In this document: in pieces, positions 37,439 to 47,853 of the stretch
Layout: each line of letters opens with the position of its first letter
Position numbering within the stretch: position 1 is the stretch's first letter
DNA from: Verrucomicrobiia bacterium
Lineage (GTDB): Bacteria; Verrucomicrobiota; Verrucomicrobiia; JADLBR01; JAIBCM01
Length of the DNA stretch: 64,000 nt
Assembly: GCA_041395165.1 (NCBI GenBank)
Contig: JAWLBA010000001.1
Location: 200,068 to 264,067, forward strand
Direction: 5' to 3'
Program-made: the position numbers and the translations under genes
The notes under the pieces: model-generated
Database searches by the model: none
Told to the model about the DNA's origin: nothing
The model's input: only the letters and a program-made list of their open reading frames with translations

Positions 37439-39969
37439 TTGATTAGGCGCAATTCATGTTTTTGCACCAGGAGCGGATGGTGAGGCAGCACACGAATGTT
37501 GTAACGATATTGTCCACTTTCTTTGGCTTCGATTACTCCCTCGTAACGGTTATCACCTTGATGTGTCATAGGAAAAACGTGGGTGTGATAGCCATCGATG
37601 GATTCTACATAAGCTTCTACTATCACGTTGTCGTGGGTTAAGGGACCGAGTTCCACTTTAGCGCTAAGAGTGAAATTTTCGCCTACTGTGAAATTTTGAA
37701 CAGGAGAAGGAGTGGAAAGTTTGATTTGTGTGATTTTAATTTGTGGCCAGGCATGTCGCATTTGCGCTTTCCATTCAGCTAAAGCTTTGGCGCCTTCGTA
37801 ATGATTGGCCTCAAAAGCGACTCCTTTTTGATGAGAGGGAACATAATAAAAGTTGGTGTAATCCTGGACTTGTCGGAATGTGCTATAGGTAGGAGTGATG
37901 GTGGCGATGGAATTCTTCATCAGTTGCAGCCAGGTTTTGGGAACATCATTTTGACGCTGGTAATAAAGCGGTGCGATTTCGTGTTCGAGCAAGGCGTATA
38001 ATGCTTCGACGTCGGAATCGTTTTGCACTTCGGGGTCGTGAGTGTGGAGGGGTTCGCCAATGGCCCAGCCGTTTACGTAACGTTGCCAGGCTTCTGCCCA
38101 CCAACCGTCGAGAACGCTGCAATTGACGACGCCATTGGGTGCCACTTTTTCGCCGCTTGTTCCACTAGCTTCTAATGGGGGAACGGGATTGTTTAGCCAA
38201 ACATCGACACCGTGGTAGATGTGGCGTGCGACGTTGATATCGTAATTTTCTAAAAATACAATGCGACCACGAAACTCGGGACGATTAGCGATTTGATAAA
38301 TAGCTTGGATCAAACGTTTGCCGCCTTCATCAGCGGGATGCGCTTTGCCGGCAAAAACAAATTGAATGGGATAATTAGGATGATTAACGAGGCGTGCCAA
38401 GCGTTCTGTGTCGCGGAAAAGAAGTGTGGCACGCTTGTAAGTAGCGAATCGACGCGCAAAACCTATGGTGAGACAGTTTGGATCGAGAAATGTCGCAATT
38501 TCACGAACGGAACGCGCATTTTCTTGAATTCGAATTTTTTGGTTACGGATGTTTTTGCGAGCAAATTCGACGAATCGTTGTTTAAGTTGCAAGTGTGTTT
38601 TCCAGAGTGTTTCATCGGGAATTTGATAAATTGAATTCCAAATTTCAGGATTGGAGAGATTGCATTCCCAACAGTTACCTAGTTGTTTTTCAATGAGTTC
38701 TTTTAATTCGTGTGCAATCCAGGTTTGCGTATGGATGCCATTAGTAATATGGCCGATAGGAATCTCATTTACAGGCACGCCAAACCAAACATTTTGCCAC
38801 ATTTCGCGAGATACACCGCCATGAATTTTGCTTACGCCATTGCAGAATCGTGAAAGGCGCAGAGCGAGAATGGTCATGCTGAAAGGTTGGTGCGATTCCG
38901 CTAGCCAAGGACGACCGAATTTTAAAAATTCTTCAAAATCAATTTTCAAATCTCGCGCATAATCGGCAAAGTAAATCTGCATGAGTTGCGACGAAAAAGC
39001 GTCATTGCCAGCAGGAACTGGAGTATGGGTGGTGAAAAGTGTGCTAGCGGCTACGGCTTGCAACGCGGTATAAAAATCTATTTGATCATCAAGCATGCGT
39101 TGGCGGATGCGTTCGAGCGCCAGAAAAGCGGCATGACCCTCGTTCATATGGAAGACGGTAGGACGAAGTCCCATTGCCTTTAAAAAGCGTCTGCCGCCGA
39201 TGCCCAGAACAATTTCTTGTTGGATTCGCATTTCATGGTCGCCACCATAAAGTTGATTGGTGATTTTGCGATCCGCATCGGTATTTTCCGGGAGATCAGT
39301 ATCGAGGAAAAAAACGCGCACATTGCCAATCGTCGCTTGCCATGCACCGATTTGCACTTGGCGACCTGGCAAATCTACGGTTACGCGTGTTGGTTTTCCT
39401 TCTGCGTTGGTAGCTTCCACAACAGGAAGATCGTGGAAATCCAAATTTTTATAAAACGCTTCTTGCCAACCTTCTTTGTTAAGTTGCTGAACAAAGTAAC
39501 CCTGACGATACATCAAACCCACGCCAACGAGTGGCACGCCTAAATCCGAAGCTGATTTGCAATGGTCGCCAGCGAGGATGCCGAGACCGCCGGAATAATT
39601 TTGCAGTGATTCATGGAAACCAAATTCTGCTGAAAAATAGGCCACTAAAAAATCTTTTTGTTCGGGATAAGTTTGCGTAAACCAACGATCTTGACGCGCT
39701 AAGTAATTTTGCAATCGTTCCGAAACGGCATTGAGCTGTTGCAAGTAGCCCTCATCCTTAGCAAATCGCAGTAATTTATTTTGCTTAATTTTTCGTAGCA
39801 AGGTAGCAGGGCTGTGACCTGAATTTTTCCAAAGTTCCGGGTCTAACTCTTCGAAAAGTGCGCGCGCATCGGTATTCCAAGACCACCACATATTGTAAGC
39901 AAGTTGGCGAAGAGGTTCGAGCTTTTCGGGAAGTTTGGGATTAACAGAAAAAGAAAACGGTAAATTCAT
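37426..39969 (-). CDS. glgP: Alpha-glucan (glycogen/maltodextrin) phosphorylase, GT35
   Basis: 847 aa. The N-terminal region resembles the alpha-glucan-phosphorylase family extension. PLP-lysine region EASGTSGEKVAPNG. Confidence 0.88.
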   Translation of the reverse strand: MNLPFSFSVNPKLPEKLEPLRQLAYNMWWSWNTDARALFEELDPELWKNSGHSPATLLRKIKQNKLLRFAKDEGYLQQLNAVSERLQNYLARQDRWFTQTYPEQKDFLVAYFSAEFGFHESLQNYSGGLGILAGDHCKSASDLGVPLVGVGLMYRQGYFVQQLNKEGWQEAFYKNLDFHDLPVVEATNAEGKPTRVTVDLPGRQVQIGAWQATIGNVRVFFLDTDLPENTDADRKITNQLYGGDHEMRIQQEIVLGIGGRRFLKAMGLRPTVFHMNEGHAAFLALERIRQRMLDDQIDFYTALQAVAASTLFTTHTPVPAGNDAFSSQLMQIYFADYARDLKIDFEEFLKFGRPWLAESHQPFSMTILALRLSRFCNGVSKIHGGVSREMWQNVWFGVPVNEIPIGHITNGIHTQTWIAHELKELIEKQLGNCWECNLSNPEIWNSIYQIPDETLWKTHLQLKQRFVEFARKNIRNQKIRIQENARSVREIATFLDPNCLTIGFARRFATYKRATLLFRDTERLARLVNHPNYPIQFVFAGKAHPADEGGKRLIQAIYQIANRPEFRGRIVFLENYDINVARHIYHGVDVWLNNPVPPLEASGTSGEKVAPNGVVNCSVLDGWWAEAWQRYVNGWAIGEPLHTHDPEVQNDSDVEALYALLEHEIAPLYYQRQNDVPKTWLQLMKNSIATITPTYSTFRQVQDYTNFYYVPSHQKGVAFEANHYEGAKALAEWKAQMRHAWPQIKITQIKLSTPSPVQNFTVGENFTLSAKVELGPLTHDNVIVEAYVESIDGYHTHVFPMTHQGDNRYEGVIEAKESGQYRYNIRVLPHHPLLVQKHELRLIKWAT

Positions 39970-39987
39970 AAGACAAAAAACTAAAAA

Positions 39988-41330
39988 TTAATATAAACGA
40001 TTAAGTGCACGTTTAACGCCATCAAATAAATAATCAATTTCTTCTTTTGAAATAATCAAGGGCGGTGCAATGGCTACTAAATTGCGAATGCCGCGAACGA
40101 TGACGCCTTCTTCACGAGACAACGCAGCAACTTTAACCCCTAAATTGGCAGTTGGCGAAAGAGCGGCTTTGCCTTCTTTAGGAATGATTTCTAGAGCTGC
40201 GATGAGACCGTAACCTCGCGTTTCGCCAACGGCTTTATGCTCTGCGAATTCTGATAAACGTTTTTGGAAGTAAGGACCTGTCTCTTGTTCGACGCGTGGG
40301 ATAATTTTTTCTTTATCTAACACATCTAAATTGGCTAAAGCCGCCGCGCAGGAAGTGGTGTGACCGCTATAAGTATAACCATGAGCGAAGTAGCCATTGC
40401 GATAAATGAGATTAATGATCTCATCACTTACGAGTGTTGCTCCAAGTGGTAAATAACCGCTTGTGATACCTTTCGCCATGGTGATCATATCAGGATCCAA
40501 ATCCCAAATTTTACTAAGGAACCAGCACCCCATTCGACCAAAGGCTGTAATCACTTCATCAGCGACAAAAAGGATGTCATATTTTCGACACAATTCTCGT
40601 AATCCTTTAAGTAACCCGGTGGAGGCACGATGACGCCGCCAGCGCCTTGAATAGGCTCTGCAAAACAAGCGGCAATCGTTTCAGGATTTTCTTTAAGAAT
40701 AATTTTTTCCGTTTCCTCCAGACACCATTGGCCATACGCTTCGGGATTGAGCGGTGTGTTGGCGAGGTAATGATAGGGGCCTGGCGCGTGAATGAAACCT
40801 GCCAAGGGTAAGCCAAAAGGGTCTGAGCAAGAGGCAAGGCCTGTCATGCTAGTGGTCGCGAGAGTGACGCCATGATAAGCAAAAGTGCGTGTGAGAATTT
40901 TTGTTTTCTTCGGGTGTCCGCGCAAACGTTGATAATTTAAAATAATTTTTAAAGCAGTTTCATTAGCTTCTGATCCCGATTCAGAAAAGATCGTGTGTTT
41001 TAAGCGAGGGGTAGGGGCTAGTTGAGCGATGCGATTGGCCAATTGAATCGCTGGTTCGGTTGCGGTATTAAAAAAGGAAGGATAATAAGCTAGCTTTTGC
41101 ATTTGCTGGTTTACCGCTTCAATAATTTCTTTACAGCCGTAGCCAACGTTGACGCACCATAGCCCTGCGAGTCCGTCTAAGAGACGACGATTATTTTGAT
41201 CGATTAAAAAACAACCTTCCCCAGATTGGATGAGATGAGTGCCCATTTGGTGCATGGGCAAATGATCGGTAAAAGGATGAATGTAATACGACTGATCAAG
41301 TTTTTGGAGTTCGGCAATGTTTAATGACAT
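39988..41330 (-). pseudogene. Class III (omega) aminotransferase, split by one frameshift (or a sequencing error)
   Basis: N-terminal part ends ...AEPIQGAGGVIVPPPGYLK. The C-terminal part continues GLRELCRKYDILFVADEVITAFGR and carries the PLP-lysine motif DMITMAKGITSGY. The junction is at the T3 run 40606-40608 (A3 on the coding strand); one extra A would restore the frame. Confidence 0.8.
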
Positions 41331-41384
41331 AAAAGTAATGAAGCAAATTTTTGCAAAATTGCCAGCTTAGCATTTATGGCTGTA

Positions 41385-42365
41385 TCAAATTAAGGGGACA
41401 ATGTCTTGCAAAGGACGACTGGTTTCAAAGGCTCTTAAATGATTAGTAAAATGTTCAACTAATCGCTCCTCTTCGTTGGAATGGCCGCCTCCGGTGTGAG
41501 GAGTGATAAAAAGGTTCGGAGTTTGCCACAGGGGATGATCAGGCGGTAAGGGTTCGGGTTCAGTGACATCAATAAAAGCTGCATTCAAGTGGTCGCTTTT
41601 TAATGCGTGCATCAGCGCCTCTTGGTTCACTGTGGGGCCGCGTCCGATGTTGTAAAAACGTGCACCCTTTTTCATTTGCGAAAAACGGTCTGTATTCATG
41701 AAATGATAAGTGGAAGCGCTGTCTGGCAGTGCGTTAATGACATGATCGGCTTGTTTCAAGGCAAAAGGTAAATTTTCTAAAGTGGTAAAGGTAATTGATG
41801 GATAAGTCATAGCATTGCGTTTCAAAGCTATGAATTTAACATGAAGCGGGGTTAATAGTTCAACGAGACGTTTGGGAATGGCGCCGAATCCTAAAAAAAG
41901 AACGATTTGTCCATTCAGTAAATGAGAGTTAGCACGAATTGGGTGAAACGGCCAACCGTGTGCACCGCGTTGGTTTTCGTGAGCTGCGGGTAATTGTCGA
42001 TTGAGAGAAAGCATCATGGCCAGAACGTGCTGTGCGCAAGGCTCCGAGTAAACGTGAGAACTATTGGTAAAAAGAATATGATTATCTCGCAAAAATTTTT
42101 TGAAAGTTGGGTTATCGTAACGTGTGTAGCTTGCGGTGCTAAGATGAATCCATCGCAACTGAGTTGTTTTTAGCACGGCATCGGGATCGGGTTGACCAAA
42201 AAGAATTTGTGCTTGATAAAAATTAGCGTCTGCTGGTGTAGCCTCGACCACAGTTGCTGCGTGATGTTGCGAAAGTAATAGCCGATGTTCGCCAAGCGAT
42301 TGAGTTAAAAGTTGAGTGGCTGAATTCTTCAGAGTCGCGTTGCACCAGATCGTGAGAGGCGTCAT
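41385..42365 (-). CDS. D-isomer-specific 2-hydroxyacid dehydrogenase family protein
   Basis: NAD-binding GFGAIPKRL region and the catalytic-domain end ...TPHTGGGH typical of the family. Confidence 0.8.
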   Translation of the reverse strand: MTPLTIWCNATLKNSATQLLTQSLGEHRLLLSQHHAATVVEATPADANFYQAQILFGQPDPDAVLKTTQLRWIHLSTASYTRYDNPTFKKFLRDNHILFTNSSHVYSEPCAQHVLAMMLSLNRQLPAAHENQRGAHGWPFHPIRANSHLLNGQIVLFLGFGAIPKRLVELLTPLHVKFIALKRNAMTYPSITFTTLENLPFALKQADHVINALPDSASTYHFMNTDRFSQMKKGARFYNIGRGPTVNQEALMHALKSDHLNAAFIDVTEPEPLPPDHPLWQTPNLFITPHTGGGHSNEEERLVEHFTNHLRAFETSRPLQDIVPLI

Positions 42366-42973
42366 AAAGCATTCACTTTTTTGCGATCTTGCAAAGCGCG
42401 TTTTAGGGTTAAACTATCAGCCAAATCGAGCGAACTGCCTAAAGGCAGACCATGCGCGGGTTGAGTAATGGTGATGGATTGATCGCGAAGTTGTTCGAGC
42501 AAATAAAGTGCGGTCATTTCTCCTTCGACATCGGTGCCTAAGGCTAAAATGATTTCTTGCGTTGGCGTTTTTTTTAAGCGTTGAAATAACATGTCGAAAT
42601 GTAGCATTTCTGGCCCTTTTCCTTCGATGGGGGAAAGTTTTCCGCCCAAACAATGATAAAGACCCCGATAAATATGAGATCGTTCTATGGGTAAAATATC
42701 ATGCGGCGTTTCAACGACACATAATAATGTCGTATCGCGTTGAGGGTCGCGACAGATTTCGCATAAATCATGTTCTTCCGAAAAAAAGCCGCATTGTTTG
42801 CAAGGTTTTATTTTTTGACGCGCCGATATTAAATTTTCTGCCAAAGTTTCTGGCCAGGTTTGCGGAGTTTGCAACAAAGCCAACGCCATGCGTTCTGCGC
42901 TTTTCGTGCCGATTCCCGGCAAATGTCGCAATGCATGGATTAACTGTTTTAAAGTTGGCGGTAGATCGATCAC
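42362..42973 (-). CDS. recR: Recombination protein RecR
   Basis: HhH N-terminus (LRHLPGIGTKSAERMA), C4 zinc finger CKQCGFFSEEHDLCEIC, and a Toprim domain. Confidence 0.92.
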   Translation of the reverse strand: MIDLPPTLKQLIHALRHLPGIGTKSAERMALALLQTPQTWPETLAENLISARQKIKPCKQCGFFSEEHDLCEICRDPQRDTTLLCVVETPHDILPIERSHIYRGLYHCLGGKLSPIEGKGPEMLHFDMLFQRLKKTPTQEIILALGTDVEGEMTALYLLEQLRDQSITITQPAHGLPLGSSLDLADSLTLKRALQDRKKVNAL

Positions 42974-43037
42974 GTGAAGGAAGGGGTGAGAAGTCAGAAG
43001 TAAAAAGTTTTTTCTCTGTGTTCTCTATGGCTAATGT

Positions 43038-43343
43038 TTAAAATCCTGGCAAACCGAGACCCGCAGTTAAAGAGGACATGCGTTGAGCGGCGTGATCTTT
43101 CCCTTTTTTAATGGCCGCATTGGCCGCAGTTAGAATAAGATCTTCTAAAATTTCAGTATCATTTTGCGATAGCACATCGGGCGACACTTTAATTTCCAGA
43201 AGTTGTCCTTCGCCATTGGCTTTGGCTTTTACCGCGCCTCCGCCACTATCGGCTTCGAAATGTTGGGCGGCAATTTCTTCCTGAATTTTTTGCATTTTAT
43301 CCTGCATATCGCGGGCTTGTTTCATCATTTTTGCGATGTTCAT
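43038..43343 (-). CDS. ybaB: YbaB/EbfC family nucleoid-associated protein
   Basis: 101 aa. MKQARDMQDKMQKIQEE... is family typical. Conserved dnaX-ybaB-recR synteny. Confidence 0.9.
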   Translation of the reverse strand: MNIAKMMKQARDMQDKMQKIQEEIAAQHFEADSGGGAVKAKANGEGQLLEIKVSPDVLSQNDTEILEDLILTAANAAIKKGKDHAAQRMSSLTAGLGLPGF

Positions 43344-44968
43344 GATGTTTTTCCTTTCTTAATCTCTATAATTCGAGCGCCGAACCGTTCGAGCGCTTCT
43401 TTTATGAGAGGATCATTTTTAAATTCTTCTTCAGTTAAAGTTTGAGGTTGAGGGTCTGGAGATAAAATTTTCTGAGGCGCCGGCGAAGTCGGGCGCAGAG
43501 CGGGCGCACTTTCTTTTAATTCTACAACAATGGTTTTATTGGTGAGTTCATTGAGGCGCACTTGCAAATGCTGATCTTGTTTGGAGCCTTTTAGTAAACT
43601 TAGAGTAGAAGCTGGCGCTTCAATCAGCAATTGATCTTGAGAAGAGGTAATGGATAAGCTGTTTCGCACTAAGGGTGTCAATTCTTGAGCAACCTGTTTC
43701 CAGGCTTCTTCTAAAGAAACTGTTTGAGGGGTGGTAGAAGCTGAGTTCGTAGCAAGCGGTAAATGGGATTCAGGCAAGGCAGAGAAATTATTATTTTTGA
43801 TTTGGGCAATCAAAGTGTCGATTTCAATTTCGCGAGGAATTTCGCAAGCAGAAGCGATTGCCACTTCTAGCTGAATTTTGGGAGTGAGCGCATAACGAAG
43901 TTTGGGTTCCAAATGGGTTAAAAATTCAACCAACCGCAATAATTTAGCAGGTGAAAGTAGTTTTTTCTGTTTTTCAAAAACTTTCTTTTGTTCGTCATTT
44001 AATTCTTTTTCATTGAGCGTCGGAGCGCGTTGGTAAATGAGCAAAGAACGTAAATGCGAAACGCAATCGTTTAAGATGCGTGTAAGATCTTTGCCTTGTT
44101 GTTCGAGTTCTGCAATCAAACGCCAAGCGGGCTCCGCTTCGCCTTTCAAAAGATTTTCTGCCAAGGCGATCACTGCACTTTGGGGTGGAAGGCCGAAAAC
44201 TTCCAATACGTCAGACTCTTTGATGGTTTTGCCGCAAAAAGCGATGAGTTGATCCAAAGCAGATTGGGCATCGCGCATACCACCTTCCGCAAATCGCGCT
44301 AGGGCATCCAAGGCGGCTGGTTCGGCTTGGATTTTTTCTTGTTCACAGATCCATTGTAAGTGGTGAGCAATGAGTTCGGAAGGGATGCGACGAAGATCGA
44401 ACCGTTGACAACGCGAGAGAATCGTAGGCAAAACTTTTTGCACTTCGGTTGTGGCGAATATAAATTTCACATGTTCTGGAGGTTCTTCCAGCGTTTTGAG
44501 AAGCGCGTTGAAGGCTGCAGCAGTTAGCATGTGCACTTCATCAATGATATAAATTTTATAACGACTGTTCTGCGGAAGATATCGCACATCATCGCGCAAT
44601 TCGCGCACCTGCTCTACGCCATTATTGCTAGCGCCGTCAATTTCTCGCACATCTAAACTTCGCCCTTCTGCAATTTCTCGGCAGTGGGAATCGTTAGGAT
44701 CAAAGTCGATTTTAGGTCCGTCAGCGCAATTTAAAGCCATTGCCATAATGCGGGCGGTAGAGGTTTTGCCTGTGCCACGGGGGCCGACAAAGAGGTAGGC
44801 ATGAGCGATTCGCTTGAGCTCAATGGCATTTTTCAGTGCGCGAACGATATGGTCTTGACCTAAAATTTGGTCAAACGTTTGCGGGCGATATTTTCGCGCT
44901 AAAACAAGGTAGTTGGAAGAGGTTGCAGCCACGTTGGTTAAATTAAGTGAGTATTTACTTTCAAGCAA
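43340..44968 (-). CDS. dnaX: DNA polymerase III subunit gamma/tau
   Basis: ARKYRPQTF, Walker A GPRGTGKTS, DEVHMLT, SRCQRF. The track start is a TTG, so the exact start is uncertain. Confidence 0.9.
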   Translation of the reverse strand: MLESKYSLNLTNVAATSSNYLVLARKYRPQTFDQILGQDHIVRALKNAIELKRIAHAYLFVGPRGTGKTSTARIMAMALNCADGPKIDFDPNDSHCREIAEGRSLDVREIDGASNNGVEQVRELRDDVRYLPQNSRYKIYIIDEVHMLTAAAFNALLKTLEEPPEHVKFIFATTEVQKVLPTILSRCQRFDLRRIPSELIAHHLQWICEQEKIQAEPAALDALARFAEGGMRDAQSALDQLIAFCGKTIKESDVLEVFGLPPQSAVIALAENLLKGEAEPAWRLIAELEQQGKDLTRILNDCVSHLRSLLIYQRAPTLNEKELNDEQKKVFEKQKKLLSPAKLLRLVEFLTHLEPKLRYALTPKIQLEVAIASACEIPREIEIDTLIAQIKNNNFSALPESHLPLATNSASTTPQTVSLEEAWKQVAQELTPLVRNSLSITSSQDQLLIEAPASTLSLLKGSKQDQHLQVRLNELTNKTIVVELKESAPALRPTSPAPQKILSPDPQPQTLTEEEFKNDPLIKEALERFGARIIEIKKGKTS

Positions 44969-45301
44969 GTTAGGAAGGACATGGAATTTTGTCCAGGCAA
45001 AGGACTCAACCTGGGCTTAGTCAGTTAATTTTCACTTCCATTGGTGTGATTCATAGTAAAACCCGGTGGACTTGTCCTATTAACCTCGCCCATACATTGA
45101 CGCAAATCTCTGACAATCGATGGAATCTGTGAAGCAAATTCGCTTATATTTACTTTCTAAACCTTTAAAATGTGTTTCCGTGTTGATGAAAAAGAGGTTA
45201 AAGGCTAAAAACTTTAATTTTCTTACTTAAGAATTTTCCTTTTATATTTTTCGGTGTCCTCTGTGGCAAATTCCTAGCTAAAGGTTAATTTTTTTGTCAG
45301 G

Positions 45302-46147
45302 ATGAAGGGGATGGTTTCCATTCAAATGGTTAATGTGAGTAAGCGTTACACTACGAGTTGGCGTGGGGCAAAGGTGGAGGCGTTGCGCGATTTGAATTTG
45401 GAGGTGAGGGCAGGCGAGGTGTTTGGGTTGTTGGGGCCAAATGGTTCGGGAAAAAGCACGACGTTAAAAATTATTCTGGGTTTGGTTGAGGCGACTTCGG
45501 GTCAGGTTCAAGTGTTGGGAAGTTCGATTCGGCGTCTTGCTACGCGGCAACGCATTGGATTTTTGCCGGAAAGTCCTTATTTTTATCGTTTTTTAACAGG
45601 TGAAGAATTGCTTTATTTTTGTGGACGATTGTGTGGGGTTCCCAAAACAAAACTATCGCAAAGGGTGGATGAGTTACTGGTTTTAGTGGGTTTAGAAAAG
45701 GGAGCTAAGCGCGCGCTGAATACTTATTCTAAAGGCATGTTGCAGCGCATCGGTTTGGCTCAAGCTTTGGTGCATGATCCGGAGTTGGTGTTGTTGGATG
45801 AACCAACGGCTGGCGTGGATCCGTTGGGGTCGCGTGATATCAAAGATTTGATTTTAAGATTAAAACAAGCGGGCAAAACGGTTGTGTTATCGTCGCATTG
45901 GTTGGATCAAGTGGAGGAGGTTTGTGATCGGGTGGCGATTTTGCATGAAGGTCAAAAGGTTTTGGAAGGTGAGTTGAAAGATTTGTTGGCAATCAAGGAT
46001 GAGACGCAGTTGGTTGTTAAGCATTTTCAAAGGGAACAGGAGTCAGAAGTGCGTCGTGCGCTGGAACAGTTGCATTTAGAATGGGTCGAATCCAAAAGTG
46101 TAAGGCGCGATTTGGAAAGTCTATTTATAGAGAGGGTGTCAAAGTGA
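45302..46147 (+). CDS. ABC transporter ATP-binding protein (ABC-2 type)
   Basis: Walker A GPNGSGKST, signature YSKGMLQR, Walker B LVLLDEPT. Confidence 0.88.
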   Translation: MKGMVSIQMVNVSKRYTTSWRGAKVEALRDLNLEVRAGEVFGLLGPNGSGKSTTLKIILGLVEATSGQVQVLGSSIRRLATRQRIGFLPESPYFYRFLTGEELLYFCGRLCGVPKTKLSQRVDELLVLVGLEKGAKRALNTYSKGMLQRIGLAQALVHDPELVLLDEPTAGVDPLGSRDIKDLILRLKQAGKTVVLSSHWLDQVEEVCDRVAILHEGQKVLEGELKDLLAIKDETQLVVKHFQREQESEVRRALEQLHLEWVESKSVRRDLESLFIERVSK

Positions 46148-47019
46148 TGACGCGTGTTTGGTTGCTGGCGAAGGTGACGCTTTGGGAGGCGCTTCGACAT
46201 CGTGTGCTGAATGTTTTGTTGCTGTTTGCGTTGGCTATTATTGGGACGGCCAATTTTTTTAGTCAGTTAAGTTTCGATGAACAGCTTAAGTTTGTGAAAG
46301 ATTTTTCTTTTGGTGCGATGACGCTCATTGGCGTGTTGATGGCTGTGGTGTCAATGGCTCAGTTGTTGCCGCAGGAGGTTGAAAATCGCACGTTGTTTAC
46401 CATTCTTTCTAAACCGGTTCGACGATGGGAGTTTTTAGCGGGAAAATGTTTAGGCATGGCGTTGACGTTGTTGCTGGCGTTGGTGATGATGGCTTTGGTG
46501 TTTGGTGTGGTTTTGAAATTACAGGAAAAGAATTTGGAACAGCAAATTTTGCAGCAAATGCAAGAGACGGTTTCTTTGGAGGAAAAAGCGGAAGCGCACG
46601 AAACTTTACAGAAAATTCAGGCCGAAGTGCGCGATCCTTATTTGTTCATGGCGTTTGGAATCATTTATGGGCGCTGGTTATTGGTGGCAGCGGTGGCGTT
46701 GTTGATTTCGACTTTTTCCACTTCGATGTTGTTTACGGTGGTGATGACGATGATGGTTTATGTGATTGGTCATTTGCAGTCGACGGCTCGAGAGATGTGG
46801 TGGCATGTGTCAGCTGGGGTAAGCACAATCACGAAAGGAATCCTTGTTGTTGTGAGCCTATGTTTTCCTGACTTTCAGATGTTGAGTGGTGTGGATAATA
46901 TTGTGGTGGGTGCGGCGCCAAGTGGTTTGGATTTGTTTTATATTTTGGGCTATGTGGTTCTGTATGTTGGTGTGGCTGTGGGAGCGGCTTGTTTGATTTT
47001 TTCTCAACGGGAGTGGTGA
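46147..47019 (+). CDS. ABC-2 family transporter permease
   Basis: Start at the ATG overlapping the upstream TGA (TGATG at 46145-46149). About six TM segments with a large hydrophilic loop. Confidence 0.7.
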   Translation: MTRVWLLAKVTLWEALRHRVLNVLLLFALAIIGTANFFSQLSFDEQLKFVKDFSFGAMTLIGVLMAVVSMAQLLPQEVENRTLFTILSKPVRRWEFLAGKCLGMALTLLLALVMMALVFGVVLKLQEKNLEQQILQQMQETVSLEEKAEAHETLQKIQAEVRDPYLFMAFGIIYGRWLLVAAVALLISTFSTSMLFTVVMTMMVYVIGHLQSTAREMWWHVSAGVSTITKGILVVVSLCFPDFQMLSGVDNIVVGAAPSGLDLFYILGYVVLYVGVAVGAACLIFSQREW

Positions 47020-47020
47020 G

Positions 47021-47806
47021 ATGAAGGAAATCTCGCACAAGATTTTTTATAAAAAAAGCTATTGGTTGGTTGCTATTTTACTGTGGATTTCGTGGGGTGT
47101 CGGAAAACTGTTTTTAGAAAAAAAAGTGGCGCATGAGTTGACGCCTTCGCTGAATTTGCGAGTGAGTGAACAGATGGGACAGGATGCGGTTTTGGCGTTG
47201 TTTAGCGGGTTTCGAAGTGTGTTAGCGGATGGACTTTGGTTGCGAGCCAATTATCAATTTGAGCAGCAACAATGGTTGCCTATGCGAGAAGACATGGAGT
47301 TGGTTTGTTTGTTGCAACCGCGCTCTGTCTTTTTTTGGGAAATGGCGGTTTGGCATTTGGCATGGAATATGAGTCATGCTGCGCGTTATGATTTGAAGGA
47401 GCCTAGCTTGGCAAAGCGATTGAAGGCGGAGCAATCTTATATTCTTGCGGGACGAAAATTATTGGATCGGGGATTAGAAAATATTCCAGATCGTTACGAA
47501 TTGTGGGTGGCGCGAGGTTTTTTACGAGCGGAAAAGCAAAAGGATTACGAAGGCGCTGCGGAGGATTTTTTAAAAGCCACAACTTTTCCCGATGCGCCCG
47601 CTTATGTCTTTCGGCAGGTAGCATATCATTTGGAGCGGGCAAAAAAATGGCAGGAAGCTTATGCTTTTTGGTTAAAAATTTGGCGTTCCTTTCCCGATAA
47701 AAATGCGACACCGGAAATGCGTTGGGATCGGGTGCAAGCGCATATCGAGCGTTTGGAAGAAAAGTTGAACATCCCTCAGCAGCAAAAATTATTCCCTGGA
47801 AATTAA
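47021..47806 (+). CDS. Membrane-anchored helical-repeat protein translationally coupled to the ABC-2 permease
   Basis: Starts 1 nt after the permease stop. N-terminal TM (YWLVAILLWISWGVG), then W/A/L-rich helical (TPR-like) repeats. No family recognised. Confidence 0.55.
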   Translation: MKEISHKIFYKKSYWLVAILLWISWGVGKLFLEKKVAHELTPSLNLRVSEQMGQDAVLALFSGFRSVLADGLWLRANYQFEQQQWLPMREDMELVCLLQPRSVFFWEMAVWHLAWNMSHAARYDLKEPSLAKRLKAEQSYILAGRKLLDRGLENIPDRYELWVARGFLRAEKQKDYEGAAEDFLKATTFPDAPAYVFRQVAYHLERAKKWQEAYAFWLKIWRSFPDKNATPEMRWDRVQAHIERLEEKLNIPQQQKLFPGN

Positions 47807-47853
47807 AAAATCTTTTCAAGGTCGCAAAATGAGAAGATAATAGCATTTGAGCT

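Noticed and set aside
43958-43969. Possible programmed -1 frameshift or transcriptional slippage site in dnaX (A6 run on the coding strand, CAG AAA AAA CTA).
   Set aside because: It is not an in-frame X XXY YYZ heptamer like A AAA AAG, the run is only six A, and I saw no downstream stem-loop. No evidence for a gamma product.
44969-45301. 333-bp divergent intergenic region next to dnaX. I checked it for SRP RNA (ffs often neighbours dnaX), tmRNA, RNase P or 6S-like cores.
   Set aside because: Neither strand has a match to the SRP domain IV core (GGAA-tetraloop helix with AGCAGCC-type flank) or to the other cores as I remember them. There are only weak short hairpins (ggac/gtcc). Not reportable without cmscan.
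46425-46871. 148-aa alternative-frame + strand ORF (Gly/Val/Asp/Phe-rich) inside the ABC-2 permease gene.
   Set aside because: The composition is typical of an off-frame read of a membrane-protein gene, and the permease frame is continuous and TM-rich.
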